Shown here: positions 18,571-28,200 of the stretch, in pieces
How positions within the stretch are numbered: position 1 is the first letter of the stretch
How the letters are laid out: each line of letters begins with the position of its first letter
Virus record (IMG/VR): IMGVR_UViG_3300005937_000014
Coordinates: 4,363-68,362 of that record
DNA length: 64,000 nt
DNA from: a virus
Lineage: Duplodnaviria > Caudoviricetes
Direction: 5' to 3' (one strand)
Notes under the pieces: generated by a model
Told to the model about the DNA's origin: nothing
Seen by the model: only the letters and a program-made list of their open reading frames with translations
The model's database searches: none
Program-made: the position numbers and the translations under genes

Positions 18571-19173
18571 ATGCAGCGCAAGCAGATCAAGATTGGCGAG
18601 GCGTACGCCGTCATCGCTTCCCGCGCACAGCGCGAGAGCCGGAAGGGGACGCCGGTCAAGGGGATCGTCGTCGGCTTCGACGGCGAATACTCGTACCACA
18701 AGAGCGACGGCTGGAGGGGCCGCACGGTGACGAAGCAGGACGGCATCGTCGTCCGCTTCGAGGAGCCGATGGTGCGGGCCTGGGACAAGTTCGAGCCGCT
18801 CGCGCAGATCGAGGCGCGGGCCGACCGGCTGGCCGACCACTACCTGGCGGAGTGCCGCGCGACCGCCGTCACCCAGACGGTGCTCCAGGCGGCGCAGATG
18901 GTGGTCGAGCCGTGGGCCGACCGCGAGGCGCGCGAGGCGATCTGGGCGGCGTCCACCCGGAAGCACGAGGAGAAGATGGATGCGATGGCCGACGAGGCCG
19001 CGGCCGAGCCGATCCTCGCGGCGATCCGGGAGAAGCTCGACACGCTCGGGATCACGCCGGACGTGAAGGAGCGCACGGTGCAGGGCGTCGAGCGGGAGCG
19101 CACGCTGGGCGCGAAGTTCACGTTCACCCATGACGAGGTCGCGAAGCTGCTCGGGATCGAGGTGACGGCATGA
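18571..19173 (+). CDS. Hypothetical protein
   Basis: Conserved leader/RBS, good codon bias. Confidence 0.7.
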   Translation: MQRKQIKIGEAYAVIASRAQRESRKGTPVKGIVVGFDGEYSYHKSDGWRGRTVTKQDGIVVRFEEPMVRAWDKFEPLAQIEARADRLADHYLAECRATAVTQTVLQAAQMVVEPWADREAREAIWAASTRKHEEKMDAMADEAAAEPILAAIREKLDTLGITPDVKERTVQGVERERTLGAKFTFTHDEVAKLLGIEVTA

Positions 19174-19466
19174 CCGCCGAGCACCTCACCGTCGAGAGTC
19201 TGACCGACTACCAGCGAGAGACGCTCGACAAGTTCCTCGCCATGCCGGGTGCGGAGCACGTCATGCACACCGTGCTCGTCGCGGAGAAGCTCGGCATGTC
19301 CAAGACGTTCACGACTGGCGACCGGCCGATGACCGTGCTGGTCGCGTACGACGACGACGCGCACATCTACCGGCACGCCATCGAGGGCATCGAGCAGGCC
19401 ATCAGCCTCGCAGGCTACGCCGCGCGCGAGGCGGCAGCCAACGACGAGAACGAGGAGCAGTCGTGA
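19170..19466 (+). CDS. Hypothetical protein
   Basis: ATGA overlap. Confidence 0.6.
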   Translation: MTAEHLTVESLTDYQRETLDKFLAMPGAEHVMHTVLVAEKLGMSKTFTTGDRPMTVLVAYDDDAHIYRHAIEGIEQAISLAGYAAREAAANDENEEQS

Positions 19467-19900
19467 CGACGACTGCTGAGATGATGGCCGCGCGGGCGAG
19501 GCTGGTCGAAGTCCCGCACGTGCAGACGACGACGCGCGTGTTCGTCGCCTACTACGGCGAGGGGCGAGCCGCATTGCCGCTCGGCGTGCTGACCTATTGC
19601 GAGACGCTGGAGGCCGTCGAACTGGTCTACGTGCAGGAGGGCTGCCGTCGCCTCGGGCTGGCGACCCGGCTGCTGGAGTTCGCGCGCGAGCGCACGGGCG
19701 CGCCGCTCGATCAGGACGGCGGCGACCGCTCTGCGGAGGGGCACGCCTGGGCGAACGCCGTCGGGCTGCGCGTCCAGGGCGGGATGCGGCGGCGCGCGCT
19801 CCCGCAGGTCGAGGCCGACGCCATCGGCAGCAGGCTGATGGCCGCGCTTTACGGCGTGCTCCCCGTCGAGGCAGACAACGAGAGACAGGAGATCGCATGA
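19463..19900 (+). CDS. GNAT-family acetyltransferase
   Basis: LVYVQEGCRRLGLATRLL (motif A) and SAEGHAWA. Confidence 0.7.
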   Translation: MTTTAEMMAARARLVEVPHVQTTTRVFVAYYGEGRAALPLGVLTYCETLEAVELVYVQEGCRRLGLATRLLEFARERTGAPLDQDGGDRSAEGHAWANAVGLRVQGGMRRRALPQVEADAIGSRLMAALYGVLPVEADNERQEIA

Positions 19901-20088
19901 CTACGCAGATCGAGCGGACGCGGCGGATCGTCTGGACGGACCCGCTCTCGAAGCAGCGGCTCACCTACGCCACGTTTCCGAAGGGGGCGCGCGCCGAGGT
20001 GAAGCACGAGATCCTCGACCGCATCCGCGAGGGAGTGCGCAACGCCCACGGCGACGAAGCCGCGGCGAGCGTCGCACTGAGCGACTAG
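19897..20088 (+). CDS. Small hypothetical protein
   Basis: ATGA overlap, RBS AGGAG. Confidence 0.55.
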   Translation: MTTQIERTRRIVWTDPLSKQRLTYATFPKGARAEVKHEILDRIREGVRNAHGDEAAASVALSD

Positions 20089-20191
20089 CCAGTGAGGACG
20101 CCCTTTCACGAGAAGGACGCGACCGTGCTCGGGGGCATCGGGCTACTCGTGTCTGTTCCGCTCGACCAAGACGCCGGGCGTCTACTACCGG

Positions 20192-20410
20192 ATGACCGGG
20201 GCCGACAACACCCCGGCGAACTGTCGGACGTTCCTCGGCACCGACGGGTGGCTCACGCGGGTCTGGTCGAACTACTCGCCGTACCCGCGGCGGTGCGTGA
20301 TCGAGTCCGACCTGGAGGTCGTCCGCATCTCCGTCTACACGAGGAGCGCCTCCTCGGGCAGCTTCCTGTGCGACGGGATGGAGGGGGACGGCTGGTACCG
20401 AGTCGGCTGA
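20192..20410 (+). CDS. Small hypothetical protein
   Basis: Codon bias is plausible; no clear RBS. Confidence 0.4.
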   Translation: MTGADNTPANCRTFLGTDGWLTRVWSNYSPYPRRCVIESDLEVVRISVYTRSASSGSFLCDGMEGDGWYRVG

Positions 20411-20495
20411 CCGCTCGACGCAGCACCGAGAGCCGACAGGTGCGGCTCTCCACGGTGCGCCGACCGGCGTTGCCACAACCCGACCAGGAGGTCAC

Positions 20496-20831
20496 ATGAA
20501 GCGCAGCATCATCCTGTTGGTGGCGATGCTCGCCCTTGCGGCGGGCTTGGCCTCAACCGCTCAGGCGGGGCCGTGGATTCCCGGCACGCCGACCTACGCC
20601 GAGGAGATGGACGCCTCGGATCTGCTCGAACGCACCTACGACCACGCCTACTGCCAGGGCATCCCGCGCTTCGGGCACCGGGGCGAGTTCCCCTACGAGG
20701 AGTTCGTCGTGTTCGAGTGCTCCATCGACCGGGACGACCTGTACTGCTACGACGTGCGCTACAAGGCCGTGAAGGGCAAGACGCGCGGCTGGTTCCGGCT
20801 CGTGAAGATCCGCAACGGCGACTGCATCTAA
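20496..20831 (+). CDS. Secreted Cys-containing protein
   Basis: RBS AGGAGG, signal peptide MKRSIILLVAMLALAAGLASTAQA, four Cys. Confidence 0.7.
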   Translation: MKRSIILLVAMLALAAGLASTAQAGPWIPGTPTYAEEMDASDLLERTYDHAYCQGIPRFGHRGEFPYEEFVVFECSIDRDDLYCYDVRYKAVKGKTRGWFRLVKIRNGDCI

Positions 20832-20898
20832 CCCGTTTCCGTCCTGAACGCCGGGCGGTTAGCGCCGCCCGGCGCGGGGCAGAGAGGAGTCCCCCCAA

Positions 20899-21192
20899 AT
20901 GGCACACCTGCTGTACGTCACGCTCCAGACGCCCGAGGGCATCGGCTACGACGACGCCTTCACCGAGCGGAATCGCATCTCGAACGCCGTCTGCCCGAAG
21001 GTCGAGGGAAGCGAGGACATCGGGGGCGGCAGCGAGATCCCGCCGCTCCGGGTCGATCTCGACTTCTCCGTGCCGGACGGCGTCTCCGGGGCGTTGCTGG
21101 TCCTGGAGGTCCAGCGCGAGCTTGCCGAGGGCTGGAGCATCGACCGGGTGAGCCTGCACCACGAGGAGTACGGCGAATCGCCGGATGCCTGA
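20899..21192 (+). CDS. Hypothetical protein
   Basis: RBS GAGGAG. Confidence 0.6.
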   Translation: MAHLLYVTLQTPEGIGYDDAFTERNRISNAVCPKVEGSEDIGGGSEIPPLRVDLDFSVPDGVSGALLVLEVQRELAEGWSIDRVSLHHEEYGESPDA

Positions 21193-21194
21193 GC

Positions 21195-21213
21195 ACACAT
21201 CGTGGACTAGACT
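21195..21213 (+). promoter_or_regulatory. Repeated operator/-10 element (ACAC-atc-GTGG-ac-TAGACT), leaderless start
   Basis: Same spacing as the other copies; GTG follows 6 nt after the -10. Confidence 0.65.
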
Positions 21214-21219
21214 GAGGAA

Positions 21220-21699
21220 GTGATGAACGCACAGAACGGAACGCACGTGGAACCTGAGATCGAGCCGACCCCGGAGGAGATCGCCGCGAGCATCGGGGAG
21301 CGGATCGAAGCCTTGCGCGAGCGGCGCGCGCAGATCGACTCGGAGATGACGATGCTCCGCCGGGCACAGCGCGACGTGCTGAGGGGCCGCGAGCCGGAGA
21401 AGCGGGCGCGGCGCGCCCGGCGTCAGCGGGTGACCCCGGAGCGCACGAGCGAGCGCCAGGCCGGGCCGGGCAACGTCGAGAAGGTGGCGGCGGCGCTTCG
21501 CTCGGCAGGTGGCCGGGCGACGCAGGCCGTGCTCACCGAGCGGACCGGCCTGAACTCTGGGACGATGACCTACGCGCTGCGCGCCTTGGAGGAGCGCGGT
21601 GCCGTACGGCGCACGGGCGAGTCGGTGCGTCGGTCGCCGGAGTTCGAGGAGGTCAAGGCGCGCCGGATCACGATGAAGCCGGGGAGCGCCGCGGCGTGA
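21220..21699 (+). CDS. Coiled-coil plus winged-HTH protein
   Basis: ATQAVLTERTGLNSGTMTYALRALEERGAVRR (MarR-like wHTH). Confidence 0.7.
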   Translation: MMNAQNGTHVEPEIEPTPEEIAASIGERIEALRERRAQIDSEMTMLRRAQRDVLRGREPEKRARRARRQRVTPERTSERQAGPGNVEKVAAALRSAGGRATQAVLTERTGLNSGTMTYALRALEERGAVRRTGESVRRSPEFEEVKARRITMKPGSAAA

Positions 21700-21896
21700 C
21701 GCAGTACGGCAAGCTGGTCGAGCGGGTCACGAGGGTCGTCGGCCCGCTCAAGCGGCGCGAGGTGTTCGAGGAGTACGGGGAGTCGGTCGTCCCGCGCTTC
21801 TCGCACCTGACGCTGTTCGGCACGCCCGGCGAGCGCGTGCTCGGCCGGGGGGTCGCGAGGCCCGACCGGCACGTCGAGCGCGTCTCTCAGTGGTGA
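21696..21896 (+). CDS. Small hypothetical protein
   Basis: GTGA overlap. Confidence 0.45.
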   Translation: MTQYGKLVERVTRVVGPLKRREVFEEYGESVVPRFSHLTLFGTPGERVLGRGVARPDRHVERVSQW

Positions 21897-21950
21897 GTCT
21901 GGGCCGGTAGCCGCTCGCGTTCGTCCGCCTGAGCGCGTACCTTGAGGGCC

Positions 21951-22382
21951 GTGAGCGCCGCGCCGCAGCTACGGCTCGCTCCGTCCACCGAGAGCTACCG
22001 CCGCCTCGCCTTCTACATCCGACTGACCGCCGACAAGCTCGCGCTCCGCGACCACGAGGTGACGCTCGACCAGCGCCCGGCGGTGCCCGGACGGATAGCC
22101 GAGTGCGAACTCTCGCCCTTCCGGCAGTCGATCACGGTGCGGGTCGGCGTCAACTTCTTCGACCTGCCGCGCGACCAGCAACGGCACGCCATCGTCCACG
22201 AGCTTGTCCACGCACATGTGGCCGCGGTCTGCGCGATGGTCGAGCAGAACGTGCCGCCCTGGATGCCGGTCAAGACCTGGGAGATGTTCCAGGGGATGTT
22301 CGAGCGCGACCTGGAGGTGCTCGTGGACACCATCGCTGTGCTGCTCTCGCCGGTCACCGACCTTCCGGCCTGGGAGGACTGA
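21951..22382 (+). CDS. Putative zincin metallopeptidase
   Basis: QRHAIVHELVHAH (HExxH) plus a downstream E. Confidence 0.6.
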   Translation: MSAAPQLRLAPSTESYRRLAFYIRLTADKLALRDHEVTLDQRPAVPGRIAECELSPFRQSITVRVGVNFFDLPRDQQRHAIVHELVHAHVAAVCAMVEQNVPPWMPVKTWEMFQGMFERDLEVLVDTIAVLLSPVTDLPAWED

Positions 22383-22409
22383 GCGCGCACAGAGCGGTAT
22401 TCTGGGCGC

Positions 22410-22904
22410 GTGGCGGAGGCCATCGGCAACCGCGTCGTGCGCGACCTGGAGATACCGTGCCCGGCAGGGGTGCCGATTGGCGAGACGCTGGCCGGGTCGG
22501 GCTGCCACTGCCGGATCGAGAACAGCGTGATCGTGAGCGCCCTTGACCCGAGCACGCTCGGCCGGTTCTGCACCCCGCGAGGCGGCTACCTGCTCTGCCC
22601 GACCTGGCAGGCCGAGAAGCACCGGATCTGGCAGGGGATCACGACCCCGCTGGTCGAGATGGAGCACCCCGAGGTGGTCGCGGCGCGCCGCGCAGCCGAG
22701 CACGTTCAGTCGTTCGGCTCGAACGGATCACCGAGGGCGGCTCGGAAGCGGCTGAGTGCGGCGGCGCGGCAGGCGCGGAACACCGAGATCCTGCACCTGC
22801 GCGAGCGGGGGCTGACCTACGAGGAGATCGGCAAGCGGGTCGGGGTGACGCGCGAGCGTGTTGGGCAGGTCGTGAAGCAGAGCCGGATCGTCGGGGCAGC
22901 GTAG
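22410..22904 (+). CDS. Cys-rich protein with C-terminal sigma70-region-4/LuxR-type HTH
   Basis: GLTYEEIGKRVGVTRERVGQV. Confidence 0.7.
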   Translation: MAEAIGNRVVRDLEIPCPAGVPIGETLAGSGCHCRIENSVIVSALDPSTLGRFCTPRGGYLLCPTWQAEKHRIWQGITTPLVEMEHPEVVAARRAAEHVQSFGSNGSPRAARKRLSAAARQARNTEILHLRERGLTYEEIGKRVGVTRERVGQVVKQSRIVGAA

Positions 22905-25034
22905 GTGGCGCGGCTGCCGCACCCGACCAGCCCGGCCGGTCGGCTGCTCGAACTGGCCGAGTCGGCGCTCGGCGTCGCAGTGCGCCCGACCGGGCAGGTG
23001 CGCGCCCTGGAGGAGCAGGCCGTCGAGTACGGCGCGCAGTCGCGGATGCTCGACCTGCTTGGCTGGAGCGTGCTCGACCACTTCTCCGGGCGCGAGCAGG
23101 AGGTCAAGTGGGAGTCGCGGAAGGTGATGGCGCGCAAGGCGCGGGTCGCCTGGATCAACGACCCGATGGTCGGCGGCGCGGTCGCGCTGATGAACGACTT
23201 TGTGCTCGGGCGTGGCATCCCGAAGCCGCGCTGCCGCGACGAGCTTGTCCAGGAGAAGGTCGATGAGGCGTGGGACGACCCCGACAACCGGCGCATCCTG
23301 ACCGACTTCCTGGCGCAGATCGCGCTGAACACCGACCTGTCGCTCCAGAGCAACGTCCTGTTCCTGCTCTTTGACGAGGGCGACGACGGGCGCGTGAAGA
23401 TCAGCACGCTCAACTACGACTCGGTCGAGGACGCTGTCACCGATCCCGAGAACCGCCACCGGGTGCTCTGGTACGTCGCGCGCCAGCGCAAGGCGAAGTG
23501 GGACTTCGAGAACGACCGCTGGGAGATCGACACTCAGGGCGACATCAGGGCCGAGAAGTGGTACTACGAGCACTGGCACAACGTCAAGGACGCCGAGGAC
23601 GAGGACCGCGCCGAGCCGCTGGACAAGCCGAAGGAGGACCGGGTCGGCAAGGGGCGCGTCCACCACGTCGCCCTGAACCGCACGAGCGAGATGGTCTTTG
23701 GCGTGCCCGAGTGGCAGCGGGTGCTCCGCTGGGCGACCGCCTACAACGACTTCATGAAGTCGCGGGTGGACATGGTCAAGGCGGCGGCGGCGTTCGTGCT
23801 CAAGAACAAGGTGACCGGCTCCCCGGCGCAGGTCGCCCGGCTAGCGGCGAAGGTCGTGTCGAGCCAGCGCCCGCTGGCCGGTGGGCAGTTCCCCATTGAC
23901 GTGGACGCGACCGATTACGGCATGGCTCCGCGCAGGCCCGGCGCGGTGCTGACCGAGAACGAGGCGTCGCAGTGGGAGAGCTTCAAGATCGACTCGGGCG
24001 CGGCGAACGCGCAGCTTGACGCGGCGAACCTGCGCTCCCAGTTCTCCGCCTCGACGCGCTGGCCGCAGCACTACCTGGGCGCGGGCGACGGGCCGGGCTT
24101 GGCGACGGCGACGGCGATGGAGCTTCCCGTGCTCAAGATGGTCGAGACGCGCATCGAGATCATCGAGGGCATCTACCGCTGGTTCATCGACCGGGTGATC
24201 GAGCGCGCGGTGGACGCCGGGACGATCCCCGAGGAGGTCGAGCCGGAGGCGACCGAGGAGCCGGGCGCTGCGCCCGCCCCGCTCGGCCTGGCGGCGGCGC
24301 TCCGCGAGGCGTCCGAGAACGGCGAGCGACTGGTCGGGGTCGTGCGCGTGCCGTCGCTGCGGGGCCGCAGGCGCGTGCTGCTCGCGACCCGCAACCTCGG
24401 ACGCGACGAGCACGTGAGCTACCGCGTGGTCTACGAGGCGCACGAGGACAAGACCGCCGACGAGGCGAACACCCAGCGCGACCTGGGCTACGACTTCAAG
24501 CTGACCTCGCCGCTGCGCCGGATGATGGGCGACCTGGTCAGCAGCGTCGCCAACATCGCGCGCACCTTCGACCCGAACAACACGAACCTCGAACTGTCGC
24601 GGACGCTCCTGTACGTGGCGCTCTCCGACGGCCTGGAGATGGAGAACGCGAGCGACCTCGTGGACGAGATCTTCCCGGAGGGCTACGTCGATCCGATGCT
24701 CGCGCAGGCGCAGGCGCAGGCGGAGGGCGAGCAGCCCGGCTCGCCCAACGGGCAGCCCAACTTCTTCGGGCCGGACTTCGCGCGCTTCATGGGGGCCGAG
24801 GGGGAGATGCACGGGCCGGAGAACCCGTACGGCGCGCCGATGCAGTCCACGCCGCCCGAGCGTGTGCGGACGCAGCAGGCCGTCGTGCGCGAGCTTCCCG
24901 ACGACGTGGCGGACGAGGTCACGACCGAGGAGAAGCGCACCGACAGCCTCTGGGCGGAGGTGGTGAGCGTCGTGCAGGACGAGCTTGCCGACCTCGCCAC
25001 GACGAACGGCAAAGCCGCCGAGAACGGGAGGTAA
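22905..25034 (+). CDS. Portal protein
   Basis: 709 aa, downstream of TerL and upstream of the MuF-like gene; AVALMNDFVLGRG, HVALNR.SE..FGVPE...W...YNDF..SR pattern typical of portals. Confidence 0.75.
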   Translation: MARLPHPTSPAGRLLELAESALGVAVRPTGQVRALEEQAVEYGAQSRMLDLLGWSVLDHFSGREQEVKWESRKVMARKARVAWINDPMVGGAVALMNDFVLGRGIPKPRCRDELVQEKVDEAWDDPDNRRILTDFLAQIALNTDLSLQSNVLFLLFDEGDDGRVKISTLNYDSVEDAVTDPENRHRVLWYVARQRKAKWDFENDRWEIDTQGDIRAEKWYYEHWHNVKDAEDEDRAEPLDKPKEDRVGKGRVHHVALNRTSEMVFGVPEWQRVLRWATAYNDFMKSRVDMVKAAAAFVLKNKVTGSPAQVARLAAKVVSSQRPLAGGQFPIDVDATDYGMAPRRPGAVLTENEASQWESFKIDSGAANAQLDAANLRSQFSASTRWPQHYLGAGDGPGLATATAMELPVLKMVETRIEIIEGIYRWFIDRVIERAVDAGTIPEEVEPEATEEPGAAPAPLGLAAALREASENGERLVGVVRVPSLRGRRRVLLATRNLGRDEHVSYRVVYEAHEDKTADEANTQRDLGYDFKLTSPLRRMMGDLVSSVANIARTFDPNNTNLELSRTLLYVALSDGLEMENASDLVDEIFPEGYVDPMLAQAQAQAEGEQPGSPNGQPNFFGPDFARFMGAEGEMHGPENPYGAPMQSTPPERVRTQQAVVRELPDDVADEVTTEEKRTDSLWAEVVSVVQDELADLATTNGKAAENGR

Positions 25035-25037
25035 GAC

Positions 25038-25229
25038 GTGAGTAGTCGCGTGCTGTCAGCCCTGTTGCTCACCGCAGCGGTCGTGTTCTTCATCATCAGC
25101 CTGCTGATCGGCTTCGACGTGATCGAGTCGAACGACGCGCTTGCGTGGTCGGCGCTCGGACTGGCGTGCTGGGCCGGGGCGGTGCTGATCGGCGTGATCG
25201 AGGGATGGCCGAGGACGCCTCCGCGGTAG
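25038..25229 (+). CDS. Small 2-TM membrane protein
   Basis: Two hydrophobic helices, RBS GGAGG. Confidence 0.6.
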   Translation: MSSRVLSALLLTAAVVFFIISLLIGFDVIESNDALAWSALGLACWAGAVLIGVIEGWPRTPPR

Positions 25230-25232
25230 CTC

Positions 25233-28200
25233 GTGGCTCCTCCCCGCCAGCCGCCGGTCGCCGCTACCACCGAGCCGCCGCCTCCGACTGACACCGCGAC
25301 CCCGACGGGGGTCGCTGCCGTCGTCGGCACGGGCGCGGCCGTCGGGACGACGCTCGCACCGGCAGCCGCGGGGACGGCCGCGGCGGCGCTGACCGCCGAG
25401 GCGATCAGGAAGGCGACCGCGAACATCCTCGGCGCGTTCGGGCGCTTCGCGACCCAGCGACAGGAGGTCTGGATCGAGGTGCTGCCGACGCGCGTGCAGC
25501 GGCGCTTCCCCGAGCGCACCCCGGAGGAGGTCAACACGCTCGTGCGCGAGGAGCGCGAGCGCGAGCGCGCCTTCCAGCGCAAGGCCCGCGTCCGGCTGGA
25601 GCGCGACCTGCCGCGTGCGCTGCGCACCGCCGACCCCGCCCGGCGGGTCGAGAAGGTGCAGCGCATCCTCGACCGCGAGCGGCGCTACCTGACCCAGCGC
25701 GAGGAGGCTGTTGCCGAGCGCGCCTACACGCGGATGGAGATGATCGACCTGGAGCGGCTCTCGCCGCAGGGCGCGTTCTGGAAGCTCTCCGAGGGCGTCC
25801 GCCAGCACACGCCCGGCTGCCTGGCGATGGGCAACAAGTTCTGGCCCTGGCCGGTCCTGCACCTGATCCACCCGCAGCTACACGCCGGGTGCGCGTGCCA
25901 CCTCTACACGCTCGACCAGGCGACCGAGCGCGGCTTCATGACCGAGGCGCAGGTGCCCGACGCGAAGGACGCGATGCGGCGCGCGAAGAAGGTGATCGCT
26001 CGGCTCTCCGACATCTACGAGACGGCGACGCCGGAGGAGATCGACGCCTTCCTGGAGGAAGTCGAGGACGGCGTCTGGGCCGAGGAGGCGTTCTACGGCA
26101 GGCAGGTGGGCGAGCGGTACGCCGCCGGGACGACGAAGGGCGGGCAGTTCCGGCCCCGCCGCGGCGCACGGCCGGGCAGGCCGACGATCCGCGGCAAGAT
26201 ACGCCGCTCGCTGCGCAAGCTCGTGCCCGACCTGCCAACCACCCCGGCGCAGGGCGCGCGAGCACGTGACGGCGACTGGATGTGGATGCGCGGCAACTTC
26301 GTGTTCGTGCCGCGTGACCGCGAGTTCAAGCGCGTGATCGACGGCGTCGAGTTCACGTCCCCGGCCGGGTCGGGGAACATCTACCGCAACGGCTACCTCG
26401 TCCACATCCCCGGCGAGAAGCCGCCCTGGCACAACGACCTCGACAAGCCGTCCGTCGTGGACGCCCGCAAGGTGCCCTCGACGCCGAAGATGCAGGAGCC
26501 GCTCCCGACCAAGCGGCGCGAGGCCATCGACCGGGCCACGGCCGAGATCCACAACGCCGAGTTCGAGCGCATCCACCAGCGGGTCGTCGCCGCGGTCGAG
26601 AACCAGGACGGCGAGCACCAGCCGGTCAAGATCGGGGACACGACGGCGACGGCCATCGAGGTGATGCGCGGCAACGCCTTCCAGCCGGTGCAGGTGACGA
26701 CCATCGAGCGGTACGACGAGGAGGGCAGGCAGGCGGCGCTCGCGGTCATGCGGCACGAGTCGGGCGCGGAGGTCGATGTGATCTCCGCCGGGGGCAAGGT
26801 GATCGACTGGAACTGGAGGCCGACGACCGAGGCCGAGGGGCACGTGCCGATGCCCGACTCGATCTCGAACATCGGGGAGTTCCGGCAGGCGCTCGCCGCG
26901 CTCGCGGAGGAGACGGCCGACCGCTACGGCAAGCCCGCGCCGCACCTGGTCGCGATCAGCCGCGACCCGCTGACCGACGACCACGCGGGCTACTACTCGC
27001 AGCGGGCTGGCGTGATCGTCGTCGGCGTGGACTCGTTCAAGGCGCTCGACACCTACTTCGATGCGAAGCGCGAGGATCGCCCGCTGACGAACTACGAGGC
27101 CGGTGACCTGTGGGCCGGGCTTGCCACGAGCGTTCACGAGGCCATGCACGCGGCCGACAACGTCCCGGCCGGGCTGTACGCCTACCCTGACTACAAGGCG
27201 TTCGAGGAGGCACTCAACGAGGAGTGGGCGCGGGTCGAGACGGCGCGGCTCGCGGAGCGGCTAGGGATCACCGAGGCGCTCCAGTTCCAGGCCGACTTTC
27301 CCGAGAACGTCTACTCGCGCGGGAGCTACGGCTACTACCGGCAGACGCTCGATCAACTGCTCTCGAACGCGAAGGTCGCACCCGAGGAGCGCGAGGAGTT
27401 CATCGAGAACCTGCGCTTCAACGTGCCGCGCGAGGACCGCAACCGGCTGATCGCGGAGCGGATGGTGCAAGGCGCGACCGCCGACTACTTTCCGCAGCTA
27501 CTCCCGCGCCCGCCCTGGGCCGAGCCGGACGAACCCGAGCAGACGCTCGAAGATCGGATCGCGGAGGCCAAGCGCATGGTGGAGGTGGCGCTCACGCGCT
27601 CCGAGGAGCGACGCGACAAGCGGCAGTTCGACCCGCTGCTCGCGCTCGACCTCACACAGCAGCCGAGCGCCCCCGAGGTGAACGGCGTGCCGGTCGTCCC
27701 CGGCGCGCTCGCCACGGTCGCCCTGGAGCCACGAGACGAGGCGGGCGCGCGCGAGGAGGTGAGCGGGGTGATCCGGCGCGTGATGCCCACCCCGACGACG
27801 TTCCTCACCGACGTGGATCTGGGCGACGGCCGCTCGGTGATGGTGGTGCCCGACAACCTCGTCCACGTCGATGGCGAGCCGCGCAGCTTCGAGCACGCAG
27901 GCCAGACCTTCCGGGTCGGGGACACGATCCGCTACGACCACCGGCTGGACGGCGGCTACTCGACCGCCGTGATCGAGCGGGTCGAGCCGACGGACCGGCC
28001 CGGCGCATGGGTGGCGCACGCGCGCACGACCGACGACTCGCTGAACCCCGGCAAGCTCGTGCGCCTGACGCCCGAGCGGATCAACGGCACGCTTCTCGCG
28101 CCACGGGCCGAGCCGCCCGCCCCGCGCGTGCCCGGCGAGCCGCAACGTGTGCCCGACGCCGTCCGCTCGACCGGCATTCCCGAGGCCGACCGGATGCCCG

